64,000 nt of DNA from Phoronis australis. Its lineage: Eukaryota > Animalia > Phoronida. A program made the translations under genes and the position numbers. Every line of letters begins with the position of its first letter. Within the stretch, counting starts at the first letter, position 1. This document shows positions 37,591-51,206 of the stretch, in pieces. The notes under the pieces are model-generated. The model did not search any database and was not told the DNA's origin. It saw only the letters and a program-made list of their open reading frames with translations. The DNA lies in contig NMRA01000192.1 of NCBI GenBank assembly GCA_002633005.1, positions 533,140 to 597,139 on the forward strand, written 5' to 3'.

Positions 37591-38197
37591 ATGTTTGCCA
37601 TGTCGGAGCTTCCCTCCTACGAAGACAGTGAAAAAATTGGTGTGGAAATGGAACCACGTGAGACGGATATACTTGACTGTCTATATGAGCCAGACATACT
37701 GGAAAAAACGGATCTCAACGAAAAACCTGTGGAAATGACGGAATCGCAAATCGAAATGCCATACCCGTACAGTTATAACGAACGGAGATGTGATGCTAGC
37801 CGGTGCGTCTCGTGTTGTAAGAAAATCGTAAGATTCTTGTTTTCAACAATTGGCGTGTGCTGTGTCCTTGTCGCCTACTGCATAGCTGGTGGGTTCCTCT
37901 TTGTTTATTTGGAAGCCGAGAACGAGAAATCGAACAAAGTGCGTTCACACGTACTGTCCGACGAATTTAGGCGGAATCACACGAAACTCTTATGGGATCT
38001 TACGGAGCGATTGAATGATTTACATCCGCAAAACTGGTCCGATGAAGCGGAAGAAATACTGAAAAGCTTTCAAAAGGGTTTGTACGTACATATCACGAGG
38101 GACGGGTGGGATGGCAAAATGCCCGGAGAAGAACCCGATTTGATGTGGACGTTTGCTGGCTCACTGCTGTATGCAGTCACGGTGATAACGACTATCG
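37591..38197 (+). CDS. K2P potassium channel exon 1, copy A (N-terminus, M1, cap, P1); no exon 2 found in window
   Basis: M1 is FLFSTIGVCCVLVAYCIAGGFLFVYLE and P1 is WTFAGSLLYAVTVITTIG. The intact 607-nt frame ends at phase-1 donor ATC G|gtaagg. Confidence 0.9.
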
Positions 38198-40910
38198 GTA
38201 AGGCCTTAAATATACACTGATTGCATGCTACAACACGTGTGTCGACAAACGCGCAATAAACTGCAGGAACAACTGTTGAACATTGACACGACTTAAATAT
38301 TCCCTGAACACCTTTATTACACAGCTTCTGCATACCTTGCGCAAAATAGATCGCTCTCCCGGCACCAGCTTTAGGCTAAGAAAATCCACTGACTTGCTTT
38401 TCTCCAAAAAGTGCGATTCGGCTACCCTATTCATTTGACTTTCTGGATCCGCCCGATAGTAAAAGACACTGGTAGCGATTTGCGACAATAACAACCACAA
38501 AAAGCCGTTCATGTGGACCTGTCTGGGGGAATTTTTGGCCGAAAACTTTCCCGAAATCTTGAAACTTTATTGCATGGATATAAGATTTGCGGAATTGTTC
38601 AGCCAATGTTCCGTTAAAATTCCGCAAATGGTTTACATGAATGGGCCTATAAACTTGACACAAAATCATAAAATTGTTACAACGGCTCCATCACGTTATG
38701 CATTGCATGATGCAACGTGTCTATTGTTCCTTTAAATTTAAATTGCCATTTTGGTTAGGTTTCCTGTTTTACCAAAACCTTACGAAGTATCACAGATTCA
38801 TTTGGGCTTGAGGGGTTTCACTTTATCTACGTGTGTATCTATTTACATCGATTTGCATTTTCAGACATCACGTCTTTATTTTGATTCGCTTGTGGTTTCA
38901 TACTAAAATATTACCGTCCAATGCCGTGCTCTGTCTACATTATCTGTAACGACATGTTACGTCTGGTGTGAGTTCTCGTGTAATGTGCGTGCTAACATAG
39001 TTCCGGAAATGGTTTTATCATGCATTTCAAATGGATACTGGCTGTGATTTATCACATGGCTCGCACTGTTTAATAACAGTTCTTTAAATAAATATTAATT
39101 ATTTTAGACGCATCAGCATGGAAACGCATTTTGCACTTAACGGGAAGGGTATTACAACAAAACATGTAATAAAACAATTGCTTTGGAAATCGTATTTTGA
39201 CAAACACATGCGGCATTTTTATCCCTGACCTTCAACTGCGCCAACACCGATCAATGCGAACGATTATTTCATTACCAAATTAGTGTTTCGTTGGATCCTC
39301 AAAACTAGGCAGTAATTTTTCTTTCATTGACAAATCGAGTTGACCTTGATATGAAATTGAAACCGCCGTGGTGAAAACTATATATATACATATATAAATA
39401 CTGCTCATGTTTTTTCAGCTGTGATCCTTGTTCTTTCCGTTTCCCACTTTCTTTGCTGAGCCACAGGCAGATCCAGCAATACTCACGTGACACGTTTAAC
39501 AAACAAAGCGGACGCTGTGCGGTAGAGCTCGTAGTATAAAAATACGCATTCCGTTGTGAAGCACTTTCCGAGGTTCCCATGGTTTATCGCAGACTCTTTA
39601 CATCAAAAAATGAAGTGATGTTGTTCATATGCGCGTACTTGGGTTGTTTAGTGTTGGCAGAGTGACGTGTCATCACTTGAAAATTAGTTTTCAAAGCTTT
39701 TCACTTTCCGGTGACTATATACCGAGCAAAACGACTTTATACCAACAGGATAACTCTACGCAATGAAAAGATTGTACAAATACAGTAGGCCAGGTGTAGT
39801 GAAGCCCATCTGTCATCTGAGAGCAACTACGTCTGACATTTTTACCGAGGCAAAATGTAAATGCAATTGTGTCTCTGATATGAAGCATCATGCAACTGCG
39901 ACATCTGGTGAGACTGTATGGGTGCATGAGAACGGAGCGGAATCCGCTTCAGCAAAATTGTTTGCCTATGTAATGGTGAAGCAATTTAACACGGTTGTCG
40001 TTTACAACATGTATGCGTGAGCGTGACAAAAGTAACGTGTTAAATGTGCGAATCCAATAATGACCGCTCTCTTTGATTTAGAAATGGAGATGAAAAACTC
40101 ACGATTATGTCTAATACCGTCAGCTTATACAAGAGAATTGCGAACAATCTTTAGTTTCGTTCCAGTACATTCTGTTATGTGTGAGCTGCAACGCACGTGG
40201 ACCTCTGTCACGTGACGCAGCTTTCACCCTGAGTCAGTGTCGGTTATTACAGAATAGTGGATGTTCAAAAGAGCAGTGTCGTCATGGGGCGTCCGAGTGC
40301 ACTGCACTCATGCAGCTGGCTATGGCAACACAATAACATGACCAAAATGGGATCAGAAGGGTAACTTCAGCGAATAGCGTTAAGTTTGTTCTAGATTTTG
40401 AGCCTGTTTACATGTTTATGCTGGTTGGGTTATCTTTCTTCGAAGAACTTGCATTATTTGGAGCTACTAGGTACGGTAACTTTAAAACTGCTCTACACAT
40501 GTAACGCGTTCTGGTGTCAAAACGACCATCTTACTTCTCATACGTGTTTGTTTTTCCCATTTTTTAATTGAAATTTGAAATAGATTTCAACACTTGTATT
40601 ACTCATGACTGCCTTATTGCCTTGGCGACTGAAACTAAACCGTCGCGATAAGAGACTTAATGGGTCTGGTCTTCAGCACCAAGGACCTGTAAGTTCTCTC
40701 AAGCGTAGTGATCCTTTCTAATCTAAGAAAGAAACAAGATGAGGCTCATTTTATAACCCTAAGTGGTCTAAATTAAATGTTGGTTTTGACACAAGGCACC
40801 TTTATTTAACACGATTTCACTACGGAGAGCAAGCATACCAGTCCTTCCTTTCACCTTCATGTGAATTGTTCAAAGGTGGTTGGCGATTTCATTCCTTTCT
40901 TTTCGCTGTA

Positions 40911-42442
40911 TACGAGGGTCATTCAATACGTTCTCGGCGTCACCCAGCGGCGATAGCAACTAAATTTGGCTTTTATTGTTCAATATAATCTCCCGTTACA
41001 TCAATGCATTTCTGTCATCTGTGCTCCAGTTTTGCAATGCCTTCGTAAAAGAAACTTTTGTCGAACGCCTCAAAATACTCCTCACGTGACCTGTTTCCCG
41101 CCAGATGTGCGTTTGAAATTGTGCTGAAGATTTCTCAATTAACTTTCTGTATTTAAGTCTTACGTTATCTTATAATTCACCCACGATGAGTGCTGACGAA
41201 CCAAGAAAGAGGTATGCAAGCAAAGATAGCGCATCCTTAAACGACAGAGCAAAAAAACTTACTCAAACAACCCTTGACTTCCGTCAGCTTGACCCGCCCC
41301 TGTGTGATTCGGACTCAAATGAGGACATTGCAAAGCTCGAAAAAGCGCTGACTTCGCCCCAAGTTATTAAAACACTCCGTGAGCAACTATTCCAGCCTGC
41401 CCTGGNTAAAAATCAGACGGGGCCAGGTCTGGAGAATAGGCGGGGTGCGGAAGGATTTCAAAGCCACATCTAGTTTCTTCAGCCACCGCAACTTGGGCAG
41501 TATGAACAGGTGCGTTGTCTTGAAGCAACAGCACTCCATTCCGAAACTGCCCGCGTCTCTTTTCCTTTAATGGTTTTTTCGAGTTTTTCCAAAAGTGATG
41601 CGTAGTAATTCCCAGTAACAGTGTGTCCTCGTTGCAAGTAGTCGATCATCTGAATATCTTCGCTGTCCCAGAACACAGAGGCCATAACATTGCTCGCAGA
41701 GGCACCCAACTTGGACTTTCTCGGGCTTGGGGAACCCACGTGCTTCCATTGTTTACTTTGTTGTTTTGATTCCGGGTCAAAGTGGTGGACCCATGTCATC
41801 CTGGGGTACAAGTCTTCTGGAATATTTGGCTGGATCTGCTTGGAATCTTCATAGAAGTTCCTTTGAAATTTGCATTCTGCTCATTTTCTGATCTTGAGTT
41901 AACATTCTTGGCAGGCATCGTGCACTCCTCATGCCCAAATTTTCATTTGAAATTTTAGAGACAGACCCATTGCTGATTCCAGCAGTGTTTGCCAGTTTAA
42001 CAGTCAATCGCCTGTCTTTCATAACCATTGCATGAATTTTCTGCACATTTTCACTGGAGGTCGATAATTTGGGACGTCCTGGACGAGGGTCGTCTTCAAT
42101 GCTTTCTCTACCCCTCTTGAATAAAGCTGGCCACTTTTTACTGTGGAGTAGCTCGAGGAGTCTGTTCCGAGTGTTTTTCACATCTCTTCACGAATATCTT
42201 TTGGTTTCATTCTTTTTTTACCCAAATGCTTTATGACGGCTCTCGTCTCCGTTATCTCCATGCCGCTAAATGTGTTGTCGTCTGCTTTTTGAAGCAGCGC
42301 TTCCTAGCGGCAGTTGACGGTACTAATTCAACATGAACGCAGTACTGTTATAAAAGATGAAATTTTACTATGGTGTGAAAAAAATTTAACCTGCGTTCCT
42401 GTTTTCTTGGTGATGCCGAGAACTTATTGAACGACCCTCGTA
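40911..42442 (-). mobile_element. Mariner (Tc1/mariner, irritans/Bytmar-like termini) with defective transposase
   Basis: 34-bp TIRs tacgagggtcattcaatacgttctcggcgtcacc / rc tacgagggtcgttcaataagttctcggcatcacc with TA flanks. ORF from 42261: MEITETRAVIK...FKRGRESIEDDPRPGRP...HHFDPESKQQSKQW...VMASVFWD...LLLQDNAPVH...HPAYSPDLAPSDF...KCIDVTGDYIEQ*, with stops and frameshifts. Confidence 0.95.
41084..41405 (+). mobile_element. Foreign insert nested in the mariner, probably the 5'UTR and ORF1 start of a retroelement, cut at the N at 41406
   Basis: It interrupts the transposase between YSPDLAPSDF and EEYFEAFDKSFF. ORF MSADEPRKRYASKDSASLNDRAKK...KALTSPQVIKTLREQLFQPAL stays open to the N. Confidence 0.5.
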
Positions 42443-42911
42443 TATAATAAAAATTTATTGCATTTATCTTTACTAGACATTCTCATAAGTTCAATAGAAT
42501 TTCCGGCGTTTTATGAATAGCGTTCGGATAAATAACTTTGTCATCTGATCGACTCAGGTGTAAATCAACGCGATCACTGAATTATTAAAATGAAAAGAAC
42601 CACTAAGTGCAAAACTATGTTCATTAACTGCAAAAAACACTCACGGATGATTGGAAAGAAAAGCCACTGTTGTTCACATATCTTTATAGAGCAACACTTG
42701 ATTCACAAACATTCATGAATTATGCACTAATCGTTTCGTTTAAACGTTTCAAAATGGATTAAGGAATTTTTCATTGTTAGGTAGCGATTTTTTCACGTGT
42801 ACCCTGTGTTAGGCTGTAAAATAGCTCCGTTAGTCAGCCACTTATCTTTCAAGTGTTTGGCTACACACGCCAGTGAAACTATTATTGCGTAGGCTCCATG
42901 ATACTCACACA

Positions 42912-42998
42912 TCAACAACAGCAACAACAATAACAACAACAAAAACAACAATAATAAAAACAAAAACAACAACAATGCCAACAGCAACATCAGTAGCA
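42912..42998. repeat. Degenerate (CAA)n microsatellite
   Basis: caacaacagcaacaacaataacaacaacaaaaac... Confidence 0.9.
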
Positions 42999-45900
42999 AG
43001 AATACATGTACTATAAAAATTGCAATAGTTAAAATCGCTTTCGGGCAAAAGTGAGGGCACATCTGAGTGAGAGTTCAAGGCAATTACTAAACGCGTTAGC
43101 TAGAATCGATTTTAATGCAATAGTTTTCAACGAGGTTTTTCCAGCGTTGCGCGCTTATTCTCGTGTTTTGCTGTGCGTGGAACGTTGAAACTATACAAAC
43201 GTGAACTGATCTCGAAGGTGATATCACTCAACATATGGACCAATGGAAGGCAACATTGCTCTCGCGAAATCCACATGACCTGATGCCTTCGATTTATGTT
43301 TGTTATGTTGTACTACCATAGACACTTGTTTCATTTGATTTTTTGTCACCCATTGAAGTGGCATTTTTACCTGCTTTGATACACTGTTATTGCCTGCTCA
43401 TTTTCGGTTAGAGGTTGTGGTTTTGCAGCCTCATGATCAGATCACGAATATCGACATTTGATGTCTGCATGGACGGCGTGAATGGAAAGTGATATGTCAC
43501 GGCTTTCCGGTCAAAGTTGCCTCATAAGACCGTGGGCTGGATGCCACAGAATGCCTATGTGTATAAAACCACCCATGTGACCATTTTTGGAGAGATGGGG
43601 TGACTTTATCATGAACTATTGTGGCAAAAGTAAAAATTCACCATGATTTTAAATCTTACACAATCCTAGTTTGGCTAATTATGCAAATTGAATAGAAAAT
43701 ATTTAAATATAACATTTCCACATATTTTTAAATCATCCAGACACAAACAACTGTTTTACATTAAAATGCACATTTAAGGAAAATGCCTGAATCTATAAGC
43801 GATACTTGGTGGTGGAATGTGAAACCACTATTCCAAACCTTTTAATAGTTTTAATGAAGATATAAGTATTCTCAAACTAACACAGTCGCCATTTAATTTG
43901 ACAACAGATTTAAAATTTAAAAACATTTATTTTTCCAAAAACATAACTCAGTTTACATAAGATGGTGAAAAGATTCACCATTTTAATTCCAGGTCCTGCA
44001 TACCTTGTTTTTAAGAAAGTTTTAACAATTCGTTTTACTTTTAGCATTTTTGATCAAAAAATAAAAGTTAACTTTGAGCATTTTTAATTAAAAAAAATAA
44101 GAAGTGAACCACAAAATTTCCCAAAAAAATTGCTCTTACTGTATCATCAAACAGATTCCACCTTGAACATTTGCATCAGAGAAAATTCGGTCATGTTATT
44201 GTTCTTATTAAATTGCTACTGGGTGTACCATTACCCTCTGGTAAGTATCACTAAAATACATGGTCACGTGACCCAGTTGATGACAGATTGATACAAAGTC
44301 AAAAATTAAATTTTACAGATTTGTCGATAAAGTCCTACATAACCTTAAGGTTTTGTAACTTTTCTTAAAATATCTATCATTTGCCAGTATTTTCTGAGAA
44401 ATCGTATTGAGATGCGAGAAAAAGAAATAGGTTACAATGGGTTACAGTTAGGTTAAACTTTGACAATATACTAATGTTTGTTTAACACTACCGATACCAG
44501 TTCTACAAAGTGCAGTGAGACACTGCACAGAAGAGGTGGACAAATTGAAGTTGTGTTTCAGTGTTTTCAACTACATAGTGAAAATACAGTAGGCCTAATG
44601 TCACACAAACTCGCGGCACCAAACAGTTCACACTTGGCAGCACTGCAGGCAGGTATTTCGGTATCAAATGATATTCATGGAGTCAGTTGCTGATACACGT
44701 AAGCTATATGACGATTTAGGTGGACACGGTTTCAGAATATCGCCGCGCTATTTGATGTGAATATTTCGGTAGTTTCCAGTAATCTCGTAAAATTATTGTG
44801 AAGTCTCCGGTATGATTTCTGTGTCTGAAAATAAGCTCTTTATTAATCGTACACCCTGTGCGATATTTGATCGTGAGAAATCTCTCACCTTGGTTCGGCG
44901 CTAAGTCATAGTCATTCTTGTCATTGTATCACGACAATGAATTCAACAAAAGTGTAAACTATGTTTCCTACATGTACATATCTGTACTCCGTTTCGAGTC
45001 TGTGAAAACTTTTGTATCAATGGATCTTGGTTAACAGACTAATGGGCCTTCCAACTACTGGGCGATTCTCATATCGAGATAAGCACATCTGTTATCCAGA
45101 AAGTCGGAGAATACATGCATAACTTCATCAATCAATGATTTTTGCACAATAATAACCACCCCTAATAGAGTAAATTCTCAATACCTTGTGAGCAATAATT
45201 TTGTTCAAAATAGTTGCTGTACAGTCTCTAATCGACCTAAAAATTAGGGTTTTGCGTGCTACAAAACGTCTGCTGGTGCCGAGGCAAATACATGTATTGT
45301 GAAATAACCGGTGACGTATTTCCTTTTGTGCTGTATGCAACAGGCGAGTCCCTGACATGGAACCTTGCAGTGGCCTGCAAACTGCAACACTGTAACAATA
45401 TTATGATGATCACGTCGTGTTCTTGTTGTGTCAAAATATTATATCTGGCGGGCGTTAATGTTTTTCTATGTCAATTAGTGTTTTTCGAAAAACAAAGCAA
45501 CCAATGAGGTGAGTAACACTTCGCGCACTGTGTTCTCAGAAACAGGAGCGCCAGCTGATTTAGCATTTTTGCCAAAAAACATGTTATCAATTAAAATTTT
45601 TATCAACTCTGCATTATGCCACTGAGTAACGGCGTCCGAAGATTATAGACTTGTATGAGAAAATGACTTTCGTGACAAAAAGTGTTTTAGCACATTTTCT
45701 GACATCAGGTGTTCTGCAGAACATTGAACCGACTGATAATTTATGATGTAAAAATCTATTTAGTTATGATGGCTGTCACATTTTCTTGATTCCGTTTATT
45801 TATTCATTTCGCCCTTTGCGTTAAACAGTTTACCTCAGCTCATGGGTGGCGAGACATTTCGGTGGAAACACTTTGTAGCTGCAGGAGTTAAAAATAATCA

Positions 45901-46357
45901 CCTTGTCTGCCAGGCATAGACTTTATCTCAGAAAATCCTGCTAAATCTTAGTTTATGGCATGAGAAAGATTCATTAGTTAAATAGCTGAAACGAATGTGC
46001 ATTACAGTTCATCAGTGCATCAAGTAGCTGCAGATATTAGGTGGAACTGTATGCGGTTTATGCCTTTGCCGTGCACATAAAAGCAAATTCAGCAGAGTGC
46101 GCAGTCATCACCTAGCTTTATACCAAGACATCAATCATAACTTGAGATACTCCTGTTTAAATAGGAGTTGTGGATCAATCTCTTGTTTTATAAACATGGC
46201 ATTAACTAAACAACGGGAGAGAAGATTGGAATTATTTCAAGATCCAATAACTGTCCAATGCAGCCGACCGATGACTGCCAGATGTCAGTTGAGTGTTATG
46301 GGTAGGAAGAAGTCTGTAGTCTCGTGTTGCTGTGCTGGCGTTGACACGACGATCTAG

Positions 46358-46433
46358 TCGTCGTCATTCATCGTCGTCGTCATTCATTGTCGTCATCATT
46401 CATCGTCGTCGTCATTCATCGTCGTCGTCGTCG
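46358..46433. repeat. (TCG/TCA)-based short tandem repeat
   Basis: tcgtcgtcattcatcgtcgtcgtcattcattgtcgtcatcattcatcg... Confidence 0.85.
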
Positions 46434-46659
46434 TATGCGAAAATTCAGATACATAACGCTAAACTTCTCATAGATCAGACGAATCAATAAAATACTTTTT
46501 CAGTACTTGTAGTTGACAAACACCATATTTTTAGAATCTACGGAAACCACAGACAGCCTCAGATTAATCATGTTACACCCCGTATGTTTAGAAGGCAACT
46601 AACCGATCTAAAAGTACTTCACAATTACTCAATTTGTAGTTTTATATAGATATCAGGGT

Positions 46660-47440
46660 ACTTAGACTTCCGTGCGTTCCACGCACTGCTTTAGCCTGCC
46701 TGCGCACAAAGCTCTTCTCTCACGTTCACCTTTCCCTTTCACGTACGTACATGTATATTGGCCCCTCCTGCACCATTTTCGTGTCTCACTGACATATATT
46801 TTGGTTGCACACAGACCACGGCTGTCCTCCCGCAGTCCGCGGTGCTAGTTCCCGACCTGACGGACCTATAATAGTTGCTGTTCCAATTTTTTGAATATCC
46901 TCAAATCAAAAAGAAATTGCGTTTTTCACTAAATAAGATAATTTAATCCAGCCTTTCAAGCACTTTACCGACAATAACGTTTATGTAATCACGAAGACAA
47001 CTGGAATTGTTTTATTGAGCGCAAAGTGAAATCAGTAACTTTTTGCTGTCTCCTCAACAAACATTGTCAGTATATGAATATATGTTTGTATTTTTATTGT
47101 TTAGAAGCAGCAGTTGGGTAATGATTTTGTTTAAAACGAATTGATAATCAGCGAGAATGTGTTTACTCAAGCAGATTTGTGCGCAATAATTTTGTATTGA
47201 ATTATGCGAAGTGGGCCGAGGCAATGGAACGGCGTGCGAGGGTGTGGGACAGGTTTCGAGATCAACGAATAATGTGCAACAGCAAGGCTGGTCTGTAAGA
47301 TTCGGAAATGTGGTTCGGGAGGGGAAATATGCGTTAATCGTAGGCGAAAAGCGAGCGCGAGAGAAGAGATTAGTGCGCGATTAGCTAGCCTAGCAAGAAC
47401 TTAGGCGCCCTTGATTAACCGGAACGCAAGGATTCTGTAG
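46660..47440. mobile_element. Old MITE with long degenerate TIRs
   Basis: tgcgttcc...gcgcacaaagctcttctctcacg...atattggcccctcc on the left mirrors ggaggggaaatat...cgcgagagaagagattagtgcgc...ggaacgca on the right. Confidence 0.55.
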
Positions 47441-49223
47441 ATGTCGTTACACTCTCTGTTGCGAGATTCCGCGAGTACAAGCTGAGTGTAAACAACAGCT
47501 GAGTTCCCCGTAACAACGTAAACAAACCCTTAAACAAAACGAATTGTTGTGTTCGCCACTCATGTCCTATCTCTCAATACTTATGTATAAGCGTTATGTT
47601 GCTTCCTTATTTTTCCATTACGGTTTGTAAGCAGGAACAAATAACTAATTTTATCTCGATGCCGAGGCCAGAAGTCAGACTGGAATCACCATGTATTATT
47701 TTGAATTTCAATTTTTTTATAATCAGTCTTTTTTGCATTATGTCTTTTGCGGCCCAAATTGGCGAGATCTGCAGAGATTTCACTCTGTAGTTTCTCTAGA
47801 TGCCGTTCCCGACATCAAGCGTGCGTACGCTCGGCTGTTTATTGATTCGGATTTTCCGATGGGCCGGTCCGTTGTACAAGCGAAGCACGTGACCACACTG
47901 GCTTCTTTCGCGAGAATCTTGCGTCTACGGAACATCCCAGGATCTTGAGTTTTCTCCGCGAGATACATTAAGCGCCGAGCATGGTTTGAACAGCCCGTTC
48001 TCTTCCAGCCCCAAAACCACTTCTCATCTCCAGTTTTGAATCGTTAAGTGCTCTGAATCAAAAGTTAGATCCCTGTACCAAATGTTGGCTTATAGCAGCT
48101 TGAGCACAGAAACCTTTTGCAGTGATGCACATGTACGTGTTCACTAAAGTTCAGGAAAAATAACGTGTGATCTTGTGCGTATAGAGGTAACACATTTTTG
48201 CATGCAGATAGTGAATTTTAGTCAACTTCATAGTCTACACTATGTCCAAATTGCAATCGAGTAAATTTCAACAGGTGTATTTTCAAACCCTGACACAGCG
48301 TCTAAGAATTATGCCAGTAGTTTGGTATGCTTGTGCAAATGTGAAATTGTGAAACAACACACGACTGTAATTGAAGGAACGGGGTTTTTTTGGCAATTCA
48401 CGTGCCATGAAAATGCTGCCATAGTTCTGAAGTTGAGATTTTGAAAAACGAGAAGTGTGAATTATTTCTCATAGTTACGAAGTCGGACTGGAATTTCCAC
48501 GTTCGTTTTTGTCCCTGTGAATCTGATCAGTTTTGCACAGATGGCCGGGAGCGGATGTGATAAGTGGACGAGCTCAATTAGATTTTATGCATTTACCTGT
48601 CAGCATAGTTGTGCGCCTCCAGCTAGCGTGATGGCAATCTCAGCTAATTTGAAATAACACATAACATTTAAAAAAGACAGTTTGACCATTACAAAATGTT
48701 ATTCATGATTAAACTTAAGCGTTAAGAGAACGAATTCTGTATCCTACACCAGGAAGGTTTTTTGATACAAAGAATTTCACGTTGAAAAAGTAAGGATTGG
48801 TTTGCTCAAATCAATTCAAAATTGCGACAGAAGTCTTGCAGTCAGAATGTACTGATAAATGATCGACTATTAATTTAATTGCGTAGCCGTCTCCTAATTA
48901 GACTACAAAGTGCACTCAATGAGACTTTTATCTCTAGAAAATGACATCCGGGCCTTGAAGTCGAGTCAATGTTTTGTTATCTGATAGTCTGGTTCTTATT
49001 TCTTATTGGTTGATTTTACAACAAATGGGGTCTCAGCTGGACAGTAAAAATTTAACTCCAAAAGCTTTTTAGCGTTTTTCTATGACGAGTACATGCACGT
49101 AGTGACTGCATGATACGGGCGTTATCCGCAACAATATGAAAGGTACTTAAGGAAATGAAACTTCTCTTTCAATTCAGTCGTTGCTAACTAGTAATTACAT
49201 GCCACGCTATTATACAAATATTA

Positions 49224-49347
49224 TTAACACACATACGTGCCGCACACACATACGCACATACGTGCATCCGTATATTCATTCACACATATACATTCACACA
49301 CACGTGCACGCACATTCATTCAAACATTCATACATGCGCATGCGCAT
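49224..49347. repeat. Degenerate (CA)n/(CATA)n low-complexity tract
   Basis: acacacatacgtgccgcacacacatacgcacatacg... Confidence 0.8.
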
Positions 49348-50776
49348 GAATATGACCATATGTTGATTTGCCATGTGACCCACTCACACCATTTAACTGG
49401 TTGGCCATCGAATCACTTGTGTCGAATGGACATCATGTCACAGCACTCTGATTATTCATGCATTCTATAGACCGGTCATACGAATACACTATTCGACAAT
49501 CCAGGTACTTAGGCAGGGATTTAAAGTGATATTATGTGCGAGAAAGTGAGTGCTGGTCACCTGAAAGAGGATTCGAGCCTTCGCACCCCCTGTCACTGTC
49601 TTACGCTCTGCTGGCGGCGCTAAACCACACTCGATAAATATTTTAATACATTTAACTGGTCACCAGTCTTGATTTCATCGTATGTCTGGCAGACAACGTT
49701 AACATTGGCAATCTGTAATAAAATTTAAAAAACACAACATCTTGTGTTGTTTTATAACTCAGGGCGAAACTAATACCTTAAAGAAACAAGTAACAGTAGT
49801 CGCAACGTTCTACGGCCATAAAACGGATGATGTCCCTTTTAACTTCACGCTGTAATCGCGTGCATGCGGTCTGTGACTTTTGCTTTCCAATTATTAATAT
49901 AAGTCGTGTTTACCAAAACAGATATCAATTAAGTTTTGACAGAACAAAATGAAGCAAAGGGATTCAATAAATCACTTGATCTTATGTTTTGGATCATTAA
50001 CTCGGCACAGAAGAAATAAACCCAATTAGTGGGAAAAACAACCGTAGCGGGCATCGACCAATCTCATTGGCAGTGATACAACAGCTTCCTATGGCTGCGT
50101 ACTTGTGTTTAGTTGTAACCACATTATTTCTATTTAATAATGAAGGTGTAACCGATTACATGACAATTTCATCGGTTTTAGGCTTTAATTACGGAACAGA
50201 AGCAAATGGAACTTCCTAGTTGAGTACTTAAGCCGGAACGTTTTTACCGCAAAAATCCATATGTCGATTTGCGAGCGAAGTAAACTTTTAAATGAAATTT
50301 ACCCAGTCTGAGAACTGCAAACACTTCATTGCAAAATCACAAGTCAGTTCACTTAGCTAAGATAGATTTCTCCCACAAACTTTTGATTAGTTTCTGATTG
50401 AGCTCGATCTTTTAAATTTCATTTCATTAACGTAATCGGCGAAAATAAAACATGAGCAAAATGCGGAATGTTGAACAGAATTACATTTTATCTCAAAAAA
50501 TTCCACAGTTGTTCGGAGCTTGGTCATCGAAATACTTAGATTTTGTTACGTGACTGTGTTTTCTTTTTGTTTTCATTTGCAAAACCTGCGAGCCCAGTGA
50601 CACTCGACTTCCCCAGTTGTTGAACCACGTAACTTTCAGGTAGAAAAACTCATTTTGTCTGCCATTTAATTTTAGACTACAGAGATAATGTCCAGCAACA
50701 CAGCACTGTAGTAATAATTACCTCCAAAAACCGACTTCAGTTACCAACCATAATTACCAGGTTATCTGATTTTCAA

Positions 50777-50854
50777 CATGGGTGGCTTAGCACTGAAAAA
50801 AGTGGGCGCTCTAGCCACCCCCCCCCCCCAACCCCCTATGGTGCGCCGCCCATG
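50777..50854. mobile_element. 78-bp miniature TIR element with 5-bp TSD
   Basis: TIRs CATGGGTGGC / GCCGCCCATG; TTCAA at 50772-76 and 50855-59; internal poly-C. Confidence 0.7.
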
Positions 50855-51048
50855 TTCAAATGTTCAAGCAGATTTGGCCACTTAGAAAAGCGAGTTTGGT
50901 ATAATAACGTGTACGCGGACAGGTCAAGGTCATTTCACTATCGTTAAGACTCGGCGAGATTCAGTTGGTTAAAAAGACCAAGCTTGGAAGCATTATTACG
51001 TGTATTATTACTTCTGGAACTCAGGAGAATAATGCACACACTCGTACA

Positions 51049-51206
51049 CAGTGCTGTAATGGTAAAATTAGAGGTAAATAGGCGCCCAAAGCCCACCGTA
51101 TCACCGTAAGAACTGAACGTAACTTACGGTGCGTAGGCGCTACGTTCAAATGCCAAAAGGTGGTTGGCTGCGCCTACGTGCGCCTACGTGCGCCTACGCC
51201 CCACTG
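51049..51206. mobile_element. hAT-type MITE
   Basis: CAGTG...CACTG ends; perfect 8-bp TSD CTCGTACA (51041-48, 51207-14); subterminal gcgcctacgt repeats with inverted taggcgc copies. Confidence 0.8.

Noticed and set aside
40318-40341. ggc tat ggc aac aca ata (GYGNTI) as the missing exon 2 of copy A
   Set aside because: It is preceded by TG rather than AG at the required phase, a stop follows within 8 codons, and there is no M2 helix; likely chance.
42793-43062. Poly-Leu signal/TM-like ORF
   Set aside because: Reverse strand of a (CAA)n microsatellite.
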